Shown here: piece after piece, positions 35,130 through 38,737 of the stretch
Layout: the number at the start of each line of letters is the position of its first letter
Numbering within the stretch: position 1 is the first letter of the stretch
DNA from: a virus
Lineage: Duplodnaviria > Caudoviricetes
Reading direction: 5' to 3' (one strand)
DNA length: 38,737 nt
Virus record (IMG/VR): IMGVR_UViG_3300018489_000105
Span: 1-38,737 of that record
The notes under the pieces: generated by a model
The model's database searches: none
What the model saw: the letters and a program-made list of their open reading frames with translations, nothing else
What the model was told of the DNA's origin: nothing
Program-made: the position numbers and the translations under genes

Positions 35130-35182
35130 CCCGGGGCCTTGTAAGGGACAAATCGTCGCGGTTCATGACCGGACCCCCGGGA
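35130..35182 (+). ncRNA. miniature cloverleaf tRNA-like element (53 nt)
   Basis: CCCGGGG/CCCCGGG-A acceptor-like stem; hairpins CCT-TGTA-AGG, GAC-AAATC-GTC and CGG-TTCATGA-CCG. Confidence 0.45.
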
Positions 35183-35184
35183 TT

Positions 35185-35311
35185 GCCTGGAGAAATGACT
35201 GCGTGTCTTCACCTCACATGGTTATCACAGAGTTCCTCATTTGCACCAGAAGATTCCTGTTTGGATTGAATACTATACCCGCAATGCCGGTTCGGGCCCG
35301 GCCTCCAGGCA
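35185..35311 (+). ncRNA. tRNA-like ncRNA (acceptor stem + T-arm, no D-arm, long insert)
   Basis: GCCTGGAG/CTCCAGGC-A 8-bp stem, GCCGG-TTCGGGC-CCGGC T-arm, TGCG/CGCA closing the insert. Confidence 0.62.
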
Positions 35312-35314
35312 TAA

Positions 35315-36151
35315 ATGAAAGACATTCTAATTTTATCTGATATGCACGTCGGTTCACTGTGGGGTTTATGGCCGCCTGACTTCGAAGCAGACGACCCACG
35401 AAGTGATAACAGGCTACGATTTCACCAGAACCATACGCAAAAACAGCTCTGGAAACATTGGAAAGATATGATTTCAAAAGTAAATCCTGAGATCGTTATT
35501 TTCAATGGCGATCTGATTGATGGACAACAGAGAAAGTCTATAGGCCGGGAAGTTGTTACATCACGACTTGAGACCCAGATCGCAGCATGTATTGATATTA
35601 TCCGAACCTTGCCAGAAGTTCCGATGTACTTCACCCAAGGAACTGATTATCATGAGATGCCAGATGGATCCGCAGTAGAACACTACATTTCAAAAGAATT
35701 CAACGGGGAATTCGGTGATGATCTTCTTATCGACGAATGTGGGATCAGGATGCATGTAGGACATGCAATCTCAACCTCATCATCATCTTGGCAGTACTGG
35801 CCAACGGCCCTCTCACGAGACCTTCTTCTCTTGGCATTACATTCATCAGATCAAAAATACGGTAGTGTCGATGTTGCGATTAGATCTCACAGGCACAATT
35901 TTTGCGGTGCAATATTCAAAAACCAAATAGGGGTAATCACACCATGTTGGCAAACACGAACGCCATATGCCGTAAAAAAAGACTTTGTAACACCGCCTGA
36001 TATCGGATATATTGTTCTGAAAGTGGAGAACCCACGGAATATCATGGTAGATAGGTCAGGAATCACTGCACCCCCAGTGAGACCATCGCGGATTGTAGGT
36101 AGAAATTCCACAAAATTAAAACGCTGCAAACAGACTGAGGGATTAAAATGA
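35315..36151 (+). CDS. calcineurin-like metallophosphoesterase
   Basis: SDMHVG, NGDLIDG, QGTDYH, HVGH and RSHRH. Confidence 0.88.
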   Translation: MKDILILSDMHVGSLWGLWPPDFEADDPRSDNRLRFHQNHTQKQLWKHWKDMISKVNPEIVIFNGDLIDGQQRKSIGREVVTSRLETQIAACIDIIRTLPEVPMYFTQGTDYHEMPDGSAVEHYISKEFNGEFGDDLLIDECGIRMHVGHAISTSSSSWQYWPTALSRDLLLLALHSSDQKYGSVDVAIRSHRHNFCGAIFKNQIGVITPCWQTRTPYAVKKDFVTPPDIGYIVLKVENPRNIMVDRSGITAPPVRPSRIVGRNSTKLKRCKQTEGLK

Positions 36152-36858
36152 ATGCAGTAAAAACATTACAAATTTGTGTTGGTTGTGGGGTAGAATTTGA
36201 GGTACGCCCATGCGAAATTAGAAAAAATAGGAAATATTGCACAAGGGCTTGTTATCATAAAAACAAAGACCACTCCGGAGAAAGAAATCCAATGTTCGGT
36301 AAAGTTGGGTACTGGAAAGGAAAAACACTCCCACAAGAGACTAAAGATAAAATCGGTCAGAAATTAAAGAATCGAGTTCCGTGGAATAAAGGAAAACATG
36401 GAGTACAACTCTACACTGAAGAATGGAGAATAAAAAACAGTCTATCCAAAAAAGGCATCCCCAAATCAGAAGAGCATAAAAGAAAAATAGGTGAGGCAAA
36501 CAAAGGAAATACCTGTGGAGCAAGGGGAGAAAATAGCCCATATTGGAAAGGAGGTATTTCATTCAGTCCATATTGCCCCAAGTTTAATAGAGAATTTAAA
36601 GAGCGTGTAAGGAAATTCTTCGATAATACCTGTGTTATTTGTGGGAAAAAAGGAGATCTAATAAAATTGGATGTTCATCACGTAAATTATAATAAAAATT
36701 CTTGTTGTGATAATTCAAAACCCTTATTCGTTACTCTATGTAAATCCTGCCATACAAAAGTAAACAACAACCGGGAATATTGGCAATCTTGTTTCGAAGA
36801 TCTAATAATGAACAAATATTCCGGTAAATGTTATTTGCCTAAAACAGGGGAGGGATAG
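36148..36858 (+). CDS. NUMOD3/HNH homing endonuclease-like protein
   Basis: CVGC..YCTRAC, GERNPMFGK, SEEHKRKIGEANKG, CVICG..LDVHHVNYNK..LCKSCH; AT-rich. Confidence 0.85.
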   Translation: MNAVKTLQICVGCGVEFEVRPCEIRKNRKYCTRACYHKNKDHSGERNPMFGKVGYWKGKTLPQETKDKIGQKLKNRVPWNKGKHGVQLYTEEWRIKNSLSKKGIPKSEEHKRKIGEANKGNTCGARGENSPYWKGGISFSPYCPKFNREFKERVRKFFDNTCVICGKKGDLIKLDVHHVNYNKNSCCDNSKPLFVTLCKSCHTKVNNNREYWQSCFEDLIMNKYSGKCYLPKTGEG

Positions 36859-36861
36859 GAC

Positions 36862-37114
36862 ATGTCTAAAAAAGAGGTAAAACCTGACACATTAGATCAA
36901 TATGTAGATGCTATCGACATCTATATCCCAGAACTCGAATCTGCACCCAATAGGTTACATAAACGGCCTTGGTCAGATTGGGAAATAAAAGTACTCGTTA
37001 AGTATTATGGGAAAAACCAAACAATGCAATTGGGAACGTCCTAAAGAGATCGGGGTGCGCCATCGAAAAAAGGCAAGAGATATAGGTCTTGTACTATACC
37101 CTAAGGAGGATTAG
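36862..37114 (+). CDS. Myb/SANT-like HTH protein, two apparent -1 frameshifts at A-runs
   Basis: Adding one A at 37012-37016 and one at 37066-37071 gives WSDWEIKVLVKYYGKKPNNAIGNVLKRSGCAIEKKARDIGL. Confidence 0.6.
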
Positions 37115-37119
37115 GAACT

Positions 37120-37293
37120 ATGAGTGGCTCTTATTCCCCAGGAAGTGATGAGGCAGTAAAGAGAGGATGCATTTGTCCAATACGGGATAATAACATGGGC
37201 CGAGGATTCGGAGATCCTAAAAATCCATTATTCTGGATATGTAAGAATTGTCCATTGCATGGATTGAAAACATGGGGCATAGAGGGAAAATAA
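37120..37293 (+). CDS. small Cys-rich protein (57 aa)
   Basis: PGSDEAVKRGCICPIRDNNMGRG...FWICKNCPLHG; GGAGG RBS. Confidence 0.7.
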   Translation: MSGSYSPGSDEAVKRGCICPIRDNNMGRGFGDPKNPLFWICKNCPLHGLKTWGIEGK

Positions 37294-37295
37294 CT

Positions 37296-37505
37296 ATGGG
37301 CGGATTCACACTCCCTGGATTCATGCGAAATGAAAAGCAAAGATCGATAGAACTCACCATTCGGCATTACGCAGCCTTCCCTCCAGATTACAGTGAGCCT
37401 CGCTCAATTGAGTCATATTATGCAGCAGTTGCATATCTGCCGGAAATCGCATATCCCTATGAACTCCTTCAGTCAATCCACGAGGGGATGATAGGCTATG
37501 CTTGA
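37296..37505 (+). CDS. hypothetical protein
   Basis: Coupled + strand ORF. Confidence 0.55.
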   Translation: MGGFTLPGFMRNEKQRSIELTIRHYAAFPPDYSEPRSIESYYAAVAYLPEIAYPYELLQSIHEGMIGYA

Positions 37506-37740
37506 AACCGTAACTCCTCAAAACAGGCCTGCTGAAATATGTGGGTTTTGTGGTATTGCCATTTACGCCCCAGAAATAACCGCAGAATTCAGTGGGAACT
37601 GGATTGACTACAACCGGAAGGTTACAGGTACTGCATCTTTCGTTCTGTGTGGAGAATGCTGGGAACGGGTAAAGACCGCTCTTGAAGGAGATATGGAAAC
37701 TGCTATAAAGAAGAGAGCCAAGCTCTTCGAAGGAAGGTAG
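37498..37740 (+). CDS. zinc-finger protein
   Basis: CGFC...LCGEC. Confidence 0.65.
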   Translation: MLETVTPQNRPAEICGFCGIAIYAPEITAEFSGNWIDYNRKVTGTASFVLCGECWERVKTALEGDMETAIKKRAKLFEGR

Positions 37741-37742
37741 TG

Positions 37743-37898
37743 ATGAACCATCAGAAAGACCATACCTGTGACCTCCAGTATAGGGGTATCCGAGAAAATG
37801 CCGGAAAACCTTATGAGATCTGGATATGTTCTATTTGCCAGAGAGAAGAGTGGCGGCCCTATTGTGGAACGATGGACACAATAGAATGGAGAACTTGA
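37743..37898 (+). CDS. small Cys-containing protein (51 aa)
   Basis: MNHQKDHTCDLQYRG...WICSICQREE. Confidence 0.5.
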   Translation: MNHQKDHTCDLQYRGIRENAGKPYEIWICSICQREEWRPYCGTMDTIEWRT

Positions 37899-37904
37899 TG
37901 TGAA

Positions 37905-38737
37905 ATGTGGCAGAACAGAATAGTCGGTGCAGGAACAGAGAATCCAAAGAAACTCACACCAAACCCAAAAAACTGGAGGAAACATCCGAAGAATCAAGCT
38001 CAGGCACTCGAGGGAGCATTGGAAGAGATCGGATGGTTACAGGATATTATCATCAATCAGAGAACCGGGCGACTCATTGATGGACATCTAAGAGTAGAGC
38101 TCGCCATTCGAAATAAAGAGAAGTCAGTGCCAGTGAAATATGTTGATCTCTCTGAAGAAGAGGAAGAGAAGGCATTGATCACATTAGATCCTATTACCTC
38201 AATGGCCGAAGCAGACAAAGATATTCTCAATTCACTGATCGAATCCTGTAAAACAGACAATGAAAAGATAAAAGCACTTTTACAGGAAATAGCAGAAAAG
38301 GAAAAATTATCCTTCGGCAAAAGGCAAATAGAAGAAGATGATTATGAACTGCCAGTAGAGATTGAAACAGATATTAAGAGAGGTGATATTCTCCAATTAG
38401 GACGACACAGAATCATGTGTGGGGATTCAACGTCAATAGAAGATGTTGAGCAATTAATAGCAGAAGATAAAATAAGCATGGTATTTACGGATCCACCATA
38501 TGATCTCCCAACAAATCAACTCGAAATAATTTTTAAGATTGCGGATAAATTTTCAAATCTTCAATTTTGGATGGGTTCTGATAAACAACAAATCTATTTA
38601 TGCAATTGTTTTTTTAATAAATTTACTCACTTTTTTATTCACGATTATAAAATAGGAACACTTATATCGAATAGTCAACCAATGCAACGGCATAATTTAA
38701 TATCAAAATTCGGGAATAGAAAAACAAATAATTTAAA
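37905..38737 (+). CDS. ParB-like nuclease domain-N6/N4 DNA methyltransferase fusion, N-terminal part (about 370 aa in total, ends at 407)
   Basis: LTPNPKNWRKHP, IIINQRTGRLIDGHLRV (ParB), LGRHRIMCGDST and VFTDPPY; missed by the ORF track because it runs off the end. Confidence 0.9.
   Translation, partial: MWQNRIVGAGTENPKKLTPNPKNWRKHPKNQAQALEGALEEIGWLQDIIINQRTGRLIDGHLRVELAIRNKEKSVPVKYVDLSEEEEEKALITLDPITSMAEADKDILNSLIESCKTDNEKIKALLQEIAEKEKLSFGKRQIEEDDYELPVEIETDIKRGDILQLGRHRIMCGDSTSIEDVEQLIAEDKISMVFTDPPYDLPTNQLEIIFKIADKFSNLQFWMGSDKQQIYLCNCFFNKFTHFFIHDYKIGTLISNSQPMQRHNLISKFGNRKTNNL
38611..38737. repeat. 127-bp terminal direct repeat (copy 2)
   Basis: Identical to 1-127. Confidence 0.97.

Noticed and set aside
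35185-35311. Canonical or BHB-intron-containing tRNA gene
   Set aside because: Only 7 nt between the acceptor stem and the next stem (no D-arm), T-loop lacks the conserved A58, and no clear anticodon loop or bulge-helix-bulge; reported as tRNA-like instead
35035-35340. 101-aa + strand ORF spanning the structured region
   Set aside because: Overlaps both neighbours, has no recognisable motif and coincides with strong RNA secondary structure
350-38320. Numerous minus-strand ORFs in the track (e.g. 7734-8327, 10208-10771, 19872-20414)
   Set aside because: All are antisense shadows of well-supported + strand genes, with no motifs or RBS

Overview
The window is an apparently complete, circularly assembled genome of a tailed dsDNA virus (Caudoviricetes, siphovirus-like). 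Bases 1-127 are identical to 38611-38737, so the unit length is about 38,610 bp. Essentially all credible genes lie on the + strand. The host is probably an archaeon, most likely an S-layer methanogen; this is an inference from TATA-box promoters about 22-24 nt upstream of ATGs, GGAGG/GGTGA ribosome-binding sites, many Cys-rich microproteins and no recognisable endolysin. Gene order: ParB-DNA methyltransferase (spanning the junction), radical SAM, terminase, portal, MuF-like head protein, ChaB-protease-scaffold, decoration protein, Mu gpT-like capsid, neck genes, two tandem tail-tube paralogs, tape measure and tail/adhesin genes. An early region follows with RHH, HNH, C5 methyltransferase, a candidate origin, MazG-like protein, a second radical SAM, a PAPS-reductase family protein, secreted/membrane proteins, a metallophosphoesterase and a NUMOD3-HNH endonuclease. 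No integrase, polymerase, primase/helicase or reverse transcriptase was recognised. Most notable observations: (1) a tail adhesin whose C-terminus carries the adenine-mutagenesis signature of a DGR variable region, with no RT or template repeat in the genome; (2) two tandem tRNA-like non-coding structures directly in front of the phosphoesterase gene; (3) a C5 methyltransferase written in two overlapping reading frames and lacking motif VIII and the target-recognition domain; (4) a palindrome/iteron-dense candidate origin; (5) twin paralogous microproteins between twin promoters. Several frameshifts at A-runs are most likely homopolymer sequencing errors. All family assignments come from motif recognition by eye, not from database searches.
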